Source: Candidatus Uhrbacteria bacterium (GTDB lineage: Bacteria; Patescibacteriota; Patescibacteriia; UBA9934; GWF2-40-263). From it: 64,000 nt of DNA. Positions within the stretch are counted from its first letter, which is position 1. The number at the start of each line of letters is the position of its first letter. A program made the position numbers and the translations under genes. The stretch spans positions 102,566 through 166,565 of the forward strand of contig JACRJU010000013.1 of assembly GCA_016219925.1 (NCBI GenBank), written 5' to 3'. The notes beneath the pieces were generated by a model. That model had not been told where the DNA came from. It saw only the letters and a list, made by a program, of their open reading frames with translations, and searched no databases. Positions 19,015 to 29,734 of the stretch are shown piece by piece.

Positions 19015-20808
19015 ATGTCACCGTCCCGCATCAGAAACTTTTGTATTATTGCTCACATCGATCATGGCAAGTCCACATTGTCTGACCGCTTATTGGAGAT
19101 GACCGGGACGGTCGACGCGCGCCATATGAAGGCGCAGATTTTAGATTCGATGGAACTCGAGCGCGAGAAAGGCATCACGATCAAGCTGGCGCCGGCGCGC
19201 ATGATGTATCGCGACATGGTGCTCAATCTCATTGATACGCCCGGACATGTTGATTTTACTTATGAAGTCAGTCGATCTTTGGCGGCAGTCGAAGGGGCAA
19301 TTTTGCTTGTGGATGCGACGCAAGGCATTCAGGCGCAGACGATCGGAAATTTGTATTTGGCGCTTGAGGAGGAGCTCGAGGTTATTCCGGTTCTGAACAA
19401 AATTGATTTACCAGCGGCAGATGTAGAAAAACGCACCCAGGAACTTGTTCAGCTTTTGGGATGCAAACCGGAAGAAATTTTGCGTGTGAGCGGGAAGACG
19501 GGGCAGGGCGTGGAGGTTTTGCTTGAGGCGATCGTTGAGCGCATTCCGCCGCCCTCGGGCCAACCCGAAGCACCTACGCGCGCGCTCATCTTCGATTCCT
19601 TTTATGATGATTACCGCGGCGTGATGGCATATGTGCGCGTGGTGGATGGCGCGTTAAAAAAAGGCGCGCGTGTGCATATGATCGCCACGGATAAGACACT
19701 TGAAGTCCTTGAGGTGGGCGCCGTGACCCCGGGAGGATTTAAAGCCTCGCCGGAGTTGGCGTGCGGACAGATTGGCTATGTGGTGACTGGTCTCAAAGAT
19801 ATTTCCGGTTGTCGCGTGGGAGATACCATCACCGAAGAAAACAAGCAGGCGAAAGTTGAGCCGCTGGCGGGATATAAAGAAGTGCGACCGATGGTGTATG
19901 CCGGTATTTTTCCAGAGCAAGGTGATGATTTTCATCGTCTGCGCGATGCCATCGAACGGCTCAAGCTTAACGATTCTGCGCTCAGATACGAGTCGGAACA
20001 TTCCCCGGCGCTCGGCTACGGTTTTCGCGTCGGGCTGTTGGGCATGTTGCATTTGGAAATTTTAAAGGAACGCTTGGAGCGAGAATTTGATCTTGCTCTG
20101 GTGGTTACGGTGCCATCGGTTGCTTACCGAGTTATTCTGCGTGCGGGCGGAATCGAAACGATTAAAAGCTCGCTTGATCTTCCCGACCCATCGTTTATTG
20201 AACACATCGAAGAGCCGTGGGTGAAAATTGATGTGGTGTGTCCTTCGGAATACATCGGGGCGGTGATGCAATTGGTGCAGGAACGGCGCGGGGTGTATCG
20301 CAATACGGAGTATCTGCTTGGCGATCGTGCGATTTTGCATTACGAGATTCCGCTCGCGATGATCATCGTTGATTTTTATGACAAGTTGAAGGGGGTCACG
20401 GCGGGGTACGCTTCCATGAATTACGAGGTGTTGGATTATCGCAACGCGGATGTCGTGCGCATGGATATTATGGTTGCGGAAGAATCGGTGGATGCGTTTG
20501 CCACGCTCGTGTATCGCGACGAGGCCGAGCGATCTGGGCGCCGTGTGCTCACCGTGCTCAAGGATACCATCCCACGAGAAAATTTTGTAATCAAACTGCA
20601 AGCAAGCGTGGGAGGAAAGGTCGTTGCCGCCGAGCGCATTTCGGCTCTGCGCAAAGACGTGACCGCCAAGCTCTACGGCGGAGACGTGACGCGCAAGCGC
20701 AAGTTGCTGGAAAAGCAGAAGAAAGGAAAAGCCAAAATGGCCGAGATTGGCCGCGGCCGCGTGAATATCCCCACAGATGCGTATTTGAAAGTATTAAAAC
20801 GAGAGTAA
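19015..20808 (+). CDS. lepA: Elongation factor 4
   Basis: IAHIDHGKSTL, DTPGHVDF, NKID, RKDVTAKLYGGD..KLLEKQKKGK. Confidence 0.98.
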   Translation: MSPSRIRNFCIIAHIDHGKSTLSDRLLEMTGTVDARHMKAQILDSMELEREKGITIKLAPARMMYRDMVLNLIDTPGHVDFTYEVSRSLAAVEGAILLVDATQGIQAQTIGNLYLALEEELEVIPVLNKIDLPAADVEKRTQELVQLLGCKPEEILRVSGKTGQGVEVLLEAIVERIPPPSGQPEAPTRALIFDSFYDDYRGVMAYVRVVDGALKKGARVHMIATDKTLEVLEVGAVTPGGFKASPELACGQIGYVVTGLKDISGCRVGDTITEENKQAKVEPLAGYKEVRPMVYAGIFPEQGDDFHRLRDAIERLKLNDSALRYESEHSPALGYGFRVGLLGMLHLEILKERLEREFDLALVVTVPSVAYRVILRAGGIETIKSSLDLPDPSFIEHIEEPWVKIDVVCPSEYIGAVMQLVQERRGVYRNTEYLLGDRAILHYEIPLAMIIVDFYDKLKGVTAGYASMNYEVLDYRNADVVRMDIMVAEESVDAFATLVYRDEAERSGRRVLTVLKDTIPRENFVIKLQASVGGKVVAAERISALRKDVTAKLYGGDVTRKRKLLEKQKKGKAKMAEIGRGRVNIPTDAYLKVLKRE

Positions 20809-20898
20809 AACAAGCCCGCCGTCCGTCATCCTCCATTTGACAGACGGTATTTTTTCCTGCAAAAAGGTTCTTGGGTAACCCCACTTCTGGAGGAGATC

Positions 20899-22851
<1,953 letters not shown>

Positions 22852-22917
22852 GCTGGGCTTTTTTATTTTAAAAAGGCTCTGTGTGCAGAGGGTTCTCAAG
22901 TGCGCTATACTCTTTTT

Positions 22918-23010
22918 ATGAAAAAGAAAGCCTTTCGCACTTTTTGGATGGTGATTGCCATCCTCGTTATTCTTTCGATGGTGATGTTTATGTTTCAGTT
23001 GGGGTACTAA
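22918..23010 (+). CDS. 30-aa small membrane protein
   Basis: MKKKAFRTFWMVIAILVILSMVMFMFQLGY: basic N-terminus plus one TM; TATACT -10-like hexamer just upstream. Confidence 0.6.
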   Translation: MKKKAFRTFWMVIAILVILSMVMFMFQLGY

Positions 23011-23020
23011 GAAGGAGCTT

Positions 23021-24799
23021 CTGTCCAAACACTGGCACTTCAACGCCCTCATCGACGATGCCATTCGTCAACAATTCCCGGAGATCCATCCGGTTCTTTT
23101 GCAGTTGCTTTATAATCGGGGCGTGCGCACGCAGGAAGACATAGATGTCTTTCTGTGTCCGGATTGGAGCCGGGATATTTTTCCGTCTGGAGCGTTCATA
23201 CACATGGACGAAGCGGTCGCTCGCGTGATGCGAGCTCTTGAGAGCGGGGAAGTCATCACGGTTCATGGCGATTATGATGCGGATGGCGTGTGTGGATCGA
23301 CGGTATTGATGACAACGCTTCGCGACATCTGTCGTGCGCTTCATTTTGATGAACACAAGACCACCTCCTACATCCCGCATCGAGAGAAGGAAGGGTATGG
23401 ATTGTCCATTGCGACCATGGAGCATTTGTCTGAACACGAAAAGTCGTCACTTGTGATCACAGTTGATTGTGGCATCAGCAACAAGCCAGCCATCGATCGT
23501 GGTCGCGAACTCGGTGTGGATACGATCGTGTGCGATCATCACACCATGCCAGAACAGCTTCCCGAGCAAGCGATTTTGATTCACCCGCTCGTGCCGGGCG
23601 AGACCTATCCGAATAAACAGTTGTGTGGCACGGGTGTTGCGTTCAAGCTTGCCTGTGCGTTATATGATGCGGCGCGCGCGCGAGGCGCGCAGATTGTTGA
23701 GGGGCATGAAAAATGGTTGCTTGATTTGGTGGCGATCGCAACCGTTACGGACATCATGCCTTTGCTTGGAGAAAATCGCGCGCTTGAGTTGTTCGGTCTT
23801 TGTGTGCTCAATAAGACGCGTCGCGTGGGTTTGCGAAAGTTAATTGAAGTCGCTGGAGCAAAGTGGGGAGAACTCGACACGGTGGCGATTGGCTTTGTGA
23901 TTGGTCCGCGTCTCAATGCCGCGGGGCGGATGAATCATGCCAGCGAAGCGCTTGAACTGTTGATCGAAGAGGATGAAATACATGCAACTGAGATGGCTTT
24001 GCGTCTGCATGAGACGAATAGTGAGCGCCAAAAAGTTTCAAAAAAGATGTATGAGGAAGCACGCGTCATCCTAAGCGAAGTGAAGGATCCCAAGTCCTCA
24101 AATCTATTGATCGTGGTCTCCGATTCCTGGTCTCCCGGCCTTGTGGGCCTTGTTGCCAGCCGGCTTGTGAATGAATACAACCGTCCGGTGTATGTGATCG
24201 GTAAATATGAGGATGTGTATATTGGATCCGGCCGTACGGTCGGAACGTTTGATGTGACCGCGGCTCTGCGTTCAGCTTCTGCTTATTTGGAAAAATTTGG
24301 TGGACATCCGCAGGCGTGTGGGTTTTCTATTCGAGGTGAGGAGAATTTGGCGCGCGCGATCGAGGCCTTTCAGGTTTTTGCTGACGCTTTGATCACGCCT
24401 GACGATTTGGTTTCAACTCTTTCTTGCGAAGCGGAGCTTGTTCTTGAAGAGGTGAATTGGGAATTGTTTGATGCGATTGAGCAGATGCGTCCATTTGGAC
24501 GAGGAAATGAGGAGCCACTCTTCTGTGCGCGTGGGCTCTCGGTTGTTTCGTTCACGACCGTTGGAAGTGATGGCAAACATTTGAAACTGATGGTTCGTTC
24601 GCCCGGCGGCCGCATACTCCCCGCGATTGCTTTTGGATTCGGTCATCTGGCCGAGTCGCTAAACTTATTGCCCGAGCCTGTCGAGGGCTGCACGAGCAAT
24701 AAGATTGATCTCGCCTTCTACATCCGCGTCAACGAGTGGAACGGCAACCGCGAGTTGCAGTTGTTTGTGGAGGATATTCGGCTCGTTGTGCTATCATAA
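23021..24799 (+). CDS. recJ: Single-stranded-DNA-specific exonuclease RecJ (probable CTG start)
   Basis: GDYDADG, TVDCG, CDHH, GPRLNAAGR, GGHPQACG, PFGRGNEEP. The frame is open back to CTG at 23021 after AAGGAG. Confidence 0.93.
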   Translation: MSKHWHFNALIDDAIRQQFPEIHPVLLQLLYNRGVRTQEDIDVFLCPDWSRDIFPSGAFIHMDEAVARVMRALESGEVITVHGDYDADGVCGSTVLMTTLRDICRALHFDEHKTTSYIPHREKEGYGLSIATMEHLSEHEKSSLVITVDCGISNKPAIDRGRELGVDTIVCDHHTMPEQLPEQAILIHPLVPGETYPNKQLCGTGVAFKLACALYDAARARGAQIVEGHEKWLLDLVAIATVTDIMPLLGENRALELFGLCVLNKTRRVGLRKLIEVAGAKWGELDTVAIGFVIGPRLNAAGRMNHASEALELLIEEDEIHATEMALRLHETNSERQKVSKKMYEEARVILSEVKDPKSSNLLIVVSDSWSPGLVGLVASRLVNEYNRPVYVIGKYEDVYIGSGRTVGTFDVTAALRSASAYLEKFGGHPQACGFSIRGEENLARAIEAFQVFADALITPDDLVSTLSCEAELVLEEVNWELFDAIEQMRPFGRGNEEPLFCARGLSVVSFTTVGSDGKHLKLMVRSPGGRILPAIAFGFGHLAESLNLLPEPVEGCTSNKIDLAFYIRVNEWNGNRELQLFVEDIRLVVLS

Positions 24800-24807
24800 C
24801 GCCACGT

Positions 24808-25392
24808 ATGAAAAAATTAATTCTGGCTTCCACATCGCCGCGGCGCAAAGAATTAATGGAATTGATGCGATTGCCGTTTGAGGCGGTCGCGAGTGATTAT
24901 GAGGAGGATATGACGCTTGATCTTCCTGTACAGGAACTGGTTCAGCATCTGGCTTTAGGCAAGGCACAAGCTGTTGTCTCGCGCTATAAGGAAGCTTTGG
25001 TGATCGGGGGAGATACCATTGTCGTGTTGGATGAGCATCGGCTTGGCAAGCCGCACACATCGGAGCGCGCCCGCGAAATGTTGGCCCTTCTGCGCGGCCG
25101 CACCCATCAAGTCATGACCGGTCATGCCGTCATTGACACGGCGACCGGAAAAACCAAGACAGCCGTTTCTATTTCGGACGTGACGTTTTCGGCCTACACT
25201 GACGAACAGATCGATGCGTATGTCTGTACGGGAGAGCCGCTGGATCGTGCGGGTGCTTATGCCATTCAAGGTCTGGCTTCGTTGTTCACCCAGGAGATCA
25301 AAGGCGACTATTTCGGCGTTCTTGGCCTTTCGGTTGTGACCCTCGCGCGTTTGCTTGGCGAATTCGGCGTGGATGTATGGAACAATATATGA
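24808..25392 (+). CDS. maf: Maf family nucleotide pyrophosphatase
   Basis: LILASTSPRRKEL, GGDTIV, LGKP, DRAGAYAIQG. Confidence 0.95.
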   Translation: MKKLILASTSPRRKELMELMRLPFEAVASDYEEDMTLDLPVQELVQHLALGKAQAVVSRYKEALVIGGDTIVVLDEHRLGKPHTSERAREMLALLRGRTHQVMTGHAVIDTATGKTKTAVSISDVTFSAYTDEQIDAYVCTGEPLDRAGAYAIQGLASLFTQEIKGDYFGVLGLSVVTLARLLGEFGVDVWNNI

Positions 25393-26588
25393 CGGGATTT
25401 TTCACCTTCAACATTTTTCTCTTGGTCGGCGGAACGCTTTTGTTCACGTTGATCTTTGGAAGATTCATGGAAAAAATCCGCGTGCCATGGGTATTCGCGG
25501 CCCTTCTGCTTGGTGCCATCTTTGCCGCCTTCGGCCCATCGTTTGTCTTGCTTACTTCCTCGAGCACATTCACATTTTTGGCCGAGATCGGCATGTATCT
25601 GTTGTTATTTTTGATCGGGCTTGAACTTAATGTGGATCAGATGCGCAAACGCCTTGGGTTCATCTTGCCGGCGACCTGCATCATCATCCTTTCTGAAGGG
25701 GCCATCGGGGCTTTGGTGGTGCACGCCGTGTTTGGGTATTCATGGATTCTTTCATTTCTAGTGGCGCTTTCGTTTGCCACGGTTGGGGAGGAGATTCTCA
25801 TCCCGATTTTGCAAGAATTCAACATGGTCAATAGCGCTTTGGGTCAGCTCATCATTGGTATTGGCACGGTCGATGACGGTTTTGAAATTATTCTACTGGC
25901 TTTCGTGAGCCTGCTCATCGGGACCTGGGCGCGAGCGGACATCTGGATTGTGCTTGGAAGTTTGGCGGCCATGTTTTTGTTGCTTGCGCTTTTATTGCGA
26001 TTACGCACGAGACCTCAGCAATTTCGATTTAAACGCATTGAGACACTCTTTCCGTTTGTCCTTGCTCTCTTTTTTGTTTTCATCGGAGTGGGTTCATTCG
26101 CACAAGCCGCGCCTCTGGGTGCCATCATGGCCGGGATCGGGGTGCGACTTTTTTTGCCAACCGCACGTCGCGAAATGATCGAGAGCGAAATCAAATCCAT
26201 GGCGTATGGGTTTTTCGCTCCGTTGTTTTTCGTCTGGGTCGGTGCTCAACTCGATATCCATTATCTCTTTTCTTCCCCACTCATCGTCGTGCTTATCATG
26301 ATTATTTCCAGCGGGACCAAAATGCTCGTCAGTCTATTGGTCGGTTCCCGCCAGCTTGGTCTGCGCGGAGCGACTCTGCTAGGTCTGGGTCTCTCTGTTC
26401 GGTTCAGCACCAGTATTATCATTATCAAAGTGCTGTTTGATCACCGCCTTATCGGCGCGGATGTGTATAGCGTGATCGTGGCTTCGAGTATCGTGTTTCA
26501 ATTTGTGATTCCGGTTGTGTTCGCCCGACTCATGGCGAAATGGGGAACTCATCCCCGATTCGCGCGCGTCATCACACCATTAACCTAG
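25389..26588 (+). CDS. Cation:proton antiporter (CPA2/Kef-type membrane domain)
   Basis: About 12 TM helices, LAEIG..LLFLIGLE, VDD, FFAPLFFVWVG. Confidence 0.88.
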   Translation: MTGFFTFNIFLLVGGTLLFTLIFGRFMEKIRVPWVFAALLLGAIFAAFGPSFVLLTSSSTFTFLAEIGMYLLLFLIGLELNVDQMRKRLGFILPATCIIILSEGAIGALVVHAVFGYSWILSFLVALSFATVGEEILIPILQEFNMVNSALGQLIIGIGTVDDGFEIILLAFVSLLIGTWARADIWIVLGSLAAMFLLLALLLRLRTRPQQFRFKRIETLFPFVLALFFVFIGVGSFAQAAPLGAIMAGIGVRLFLPTARREMIESEIKSMAYGFFAPLFFVWVGAQLDIHYLFSSPLIVVLIMIISSGTKMLVSLLVGSRQLGLRGATLLGLGLSVRFSTSIIIIKVLFDHRLIGADVYSVIVASSIVFQFVIPVVFARLMAKWGTHPRFARVITPLT

Positions 26589-26591
26589 TCT

Positions 26592-27311
26592 ATGTCCACA
26601 TTGTGGTTCAAAAGAAAAACGTATGGTTTGGGATGGATGCCCGTAACGTGGCAAGGGTGGCTTGTTACCGCGGCTTTTGTCCTTCTTGTGGTTGGAGATT
26701 TTTTGCGCATTGACCGCGCTTCTCATTCCGTTTCGGATACGCTTATTTCCTTTGCCCCGCAGTTTATAGCTTTGTTGGCGTTACTGATCGGCATCTGTTT
26801 TCTTAAAGGTGAGACCCCCAAGTGGCAATGGGGGTCATCTAAACTTATCACGTTCGTTTGGTTTTTAGTCGTTTCTCATGCGGCCGGAGGGATCGGGGCT
26901 CTTTTTACCACCGCTGCCGTGAGTGGCTGGTATCGCACGCTTGTCAAGCCGACATTCAATCCACCCGCATCGGTGTTTGGTCCGGTCTGGTCATTGTTGT
27001 ATACCCTCATGGCGGTGAGCGCCTATATGGTTTGGCGCGCTCGTTCACCGGCATCCGACAAGAGTCGAGCCTTGCGAGTGTTTGGTCTTCAGCTCGTGCT
27101 TAATGCGTTGTGGTCTCCGATATTTTTCGGTCTTCATCGTCCGGATTTGGCTTTTGGGGTTTTGATGGCTCTCTGGTTTTCCATTATTTGGATGATCGTC
27201 GCGTTTGCGAAATGTTCCAAAGCCGCCGCTTGGCTGTTGGTTCCGTATGTCGCTTGGGTGACCTTTGCGCTTGTCTTAAATTTTTTTCTCTGGACGCTTA
27301 ATCCCTTATGA
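26592..27311 (+). CDS. tspO: TspO/MBR family protein with an extra N-terminal two-TM domain
   Basis: WYRTLVKPTFNPPASVFGPVW, LNALWSPIFFG, LLVPYVAWVTFA. Confidence 0.85.
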   Translation: MSTLWFKRKTYGLGWMPVTWQGWLVTAAFVLLVVGDFLRIDRASHSVSDTLISFAPQFIALLALLIGICFLKGETPKWQWGSSKLITFVWFLVVSHAAGGIGALFTTAAVSGWYRTLVKPTFNPPASVFGPVWSLLYTLMAVSAYMVWRARSPASDKSRALRVFGLQLVLNALWSPIFFGLHRPDLAFGVLMALWFSIIWMIVAFAKCSKAAAWLLVPYVAWVTFALVLNFFLWTLNPL

Positions 27312-28393
27312 GGGATCAACTCAAACGTCTGCAACATTTTTTTGAAAAATACGAGCGAGTCCTTTTGCCGTTCATGTTGTTGTTTGGAGTTTCGACCGAT
27401 TACCTTGCGTTTAAGACTATTGATACTAACGTCGCTTTTTTGTGGCTGGGCTTGCATCTCATGCTCGCGCCGGTGGCTATTTTTTATATCAATCGATATG
27501 ACGCCGGGCTTGTCAGGATCCAAAATAAATTCACGTCCACCGCACGCATGTTCGCGCCGCTTCTTCTTCAGCTCTCCTTCGGCGCTCTGCTCAATGCGTC
27601 GTTTGTGTTTTATTGGTTCAGCGCATCGTTTTCCGTGAGTTGGCCGTTTTTTGTCGTGGTAGTCCTGCTTATGGTTTCAAATGATGTTTTTCGCCACTGG
27701 TTTGTCCGGCCGGCCGTGCAGATCGGAGTGTATTTCTTCGCCTGCTTTTCTGTGCTTGCTCTGATGATTCCGTATTTGGCGAATTCGATTGAAGCCCGCT
27801 GGTTTTATACGGCGGGGTTAGTCAGTGTTGTCGTGGTCGAGACTTTTGGATACGGGCTTTCTCGCTCCATAAAACCGGTGAAGCACTCCCATGTCTGGAT
27901 GCCACTCGCAGGGGTATTTATTGTTATGAACGGACTCTACTTTTTTAATCTCATCCCTCCCATTCCTCTTTCGTTGCGTGAAGCCGAGATCGCTCATCGG
28001 ATTGATCGCCTCGACGGCTCGTACCGCCTTGCGGTTGAACCGGAAAATTGGCTGGAACGATTTCTTCCCGGACAAACCATTCACGTGCGCCCGGGGGAAT
28101 CTGTTTATCTCTTTAGTTCTATATTCGCACCAGCCAAATTGAACACAAAGATTGTTCATCGTTGGCAGGTATTTGATAACGAGTCGCGTGCGTGGATTGA
28201 TAAGGATCAGTTGTCGTTTTACGTGAGTGGCGGGCGCGAAGAGGGGTATCGCGGCTATTCGCGTAAGTCGACGATTGTTCCGGGGAAATGGCGCGTGCGC
28301 ATCGAAACCGTGCGCGGCCAAGTGATTGGCATTGTTTCTGTGCGTATTATAAATGTTGATCAATCGCCTGTTTTTGTGGAAGAAGAGCATTAG
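27308..28393 (+). CDS. DUF2914-like membrane protein
   Basis: Multi-TM N-terminus; C-terminal GGREEGYRGYS..GKWRV motif. Confidence 0.7.
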   Translation: MRDQLKRLQHFFEKYERVLLPFMLLFGVSTDYLAFKTIDTNVAFLWLGLHLMLAPVAIFYINRYDAGLVRIQNKFTSTARMFAPLLLQLSFGALLNASFVFYWFSASFSVSWPFFVVVVLLMVSNDVFRHWFVRPAVQIGVYFFACFSVLALMIPYLANSIEARWFYTAGLVSVVVVETFGYGLSRSIKPVKHSHVWMPLAGVFIVMNGLYFFNLIPPIPLSLREAEIAHRIDRLDGSYRLAVEPENWLERFLPGQTIHVRPGESVYLFSSIFAPAKLNTKIVHRWQVFDNESRAWIDKDQLSFYVSGGREEGYRGYSRKSTIVPGKWRVRIETVRGQVIGIVSVRIINVDQSPVFVEEEH

Positions 28394-28459
28394 CCATTCT
28401 TGACAAGATTGCTTGTCGATGGCAGAATCCAGCCGGGTTTGCAACAAGGAGGATGACCC

Positions 28460-28699
28460 ATGCAGTTGCGTTACAACGATGCTTCGTTTACCAAGGCGCC
28501 GGAGGCGGCGCGCTTTCTTCTGCGACTTGAGAACCGTTGGACGAAATCCCGTTCCTTCGAAGGATGGATGACCGACGGCACGAGCGCGACCTTCACGCTC
28601 TTCCGCGACGCTGAACGTCCCGACCACGGGTACATCACCCTGGGTAGCTTCGAGCTCGAGAACACCAAGTTCGTCGTCACGATCGAAACCGACCCCTGA
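28460..28699 (+). CDS. Small hypothetical protein (GC-rich cassette)
   Basis: 79 aa; TTGACA(28400)-17-CAGAAT promoter, AAGGAGG SD, acccg..cgggt plus T-run terminator. Confidence 0.7.
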   Translation: MQLRYNDASFTKAPEAARFLLRLENRWTKSRSFEGWMTDGTSATFTLFRDAERPDHGYITLGSFELENTKFVVTIETDP

Positions 28700-28743
28700 C
28701 CCGTCCTTCCAGCGGGTTCTTTTTTTTGCTAAAATTAAATTAT

Positions 28744-29691
28744 ATGATCACCTCTTCCAAATCTTCCGTCGCTAAAGACGTGTTCGCTTACCTTCTGACA
28801 TTCGTCATGCTCTATATCGGTGTGATCGATTTAATCTCACTGCTTTGGAACGTGATTGGCGTTCAGTTTCCCGATCCGGCTTCAGGCAACTGGATGAATC
28901 CTTACGATCCCATGCGCAATGCGCTCGCTTCGCTCATCATTGTCTGGCCGGTATTTCTGTTGATGACGCGTTATCTCGTGCGCGACCTGAAGCGCCATCC
29001 GGAAAAGGGTGATCTCTGGGTGCGCCGATGGCTGACCTATCTCACCGTATTTGTTGCCGCTATGACCATCATTGTTGATCTCATCACTCTGTTGAACTCT
29101 TTTTTGGGTGGGGAACTTACGACGCGGTTCGTGCTCAAGGTGTTGGTGGTCCTTGCGGTCGCGGCGTGCGTGCTTGGATATGAATTTTGGGAATTGAAAC
29201 GCAAACCGGAGGAGGGGAAGCGTCAATTTGGACTCATGGCGGGCGCAAGTATCGTATTGATCCTCGCTAGTATTGTTGCAGGATTTGTTTTTGTGGGCAC
29301 GCCGAAAACAGCCAGACAGGAAAAACTCGATGCCCAGCGTGTTTCTGATTTGCAAAGCATCCAAAGTCAGCTTGTGACTTATTGGAATCAAAAAAATATA
29401 CTGCCGGAATCGCTCGATGCCTTGCGTGATCCGATTTCCGGTTTTGTGGTGCCTGTTGATCCTGTGACGCGCGAAGTTTATGGCTACGAAAAAACAGGCG
29501 GCCTCGCTTTTAATCTCTGCGCGACTTTTGATCGCCCAACGGCCAAGTGGCAGAAAGGCCAGACGGCGGCGACCCCTGTTTTTGACCCGTATGGCAATCG
29601 GATGAGCGATGACTGGAATCACGAAAGCGGGCAGGCGTGTTTTTCCCGTACGATTGATCCGCTACTGAACAAGATTCCGGTAAAAAAATAG
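28744..29691 (+). CDS. DUF5671-like membrane protein
   Basis: KDVFAYL, RRWLTYLT, LGGELTTRF, DAQRVSDL, LCATF. Confidence 0.7.
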   Translation: MITSSKSSVAKDVFAYLLTFVMLYIGVIDLISLLWNVIGVQFPDPASGNWMNPYDPMRNALASLIIVWPVFLLMTRYLVRDLKRHPEKGDLWVRRWLTYLTVFVAAMTIIVDLITLLNSFLGGELTTRFVLKVLVVLAVAACVLGYEFWELKRKPEEGKRQFGLMAGASIVLILASIVAGFVFVGTPKTARQEKLDAQRVSDLQSIQSQLVTYWNQKNILPESLDALRDPISGFVVPVDPVTREVYGYEKTGGLAFNLCATFDRPTAKWQKGQTAATPVFDPYGNRMSDDWNHESGQACFSRTIDPLLNKIPVKK

Positions 29692-29734
29692 ACCCGAGGA
29701 GGGTCTGAGAAGTGAGGAGTGTGAAGCCTTGGTT

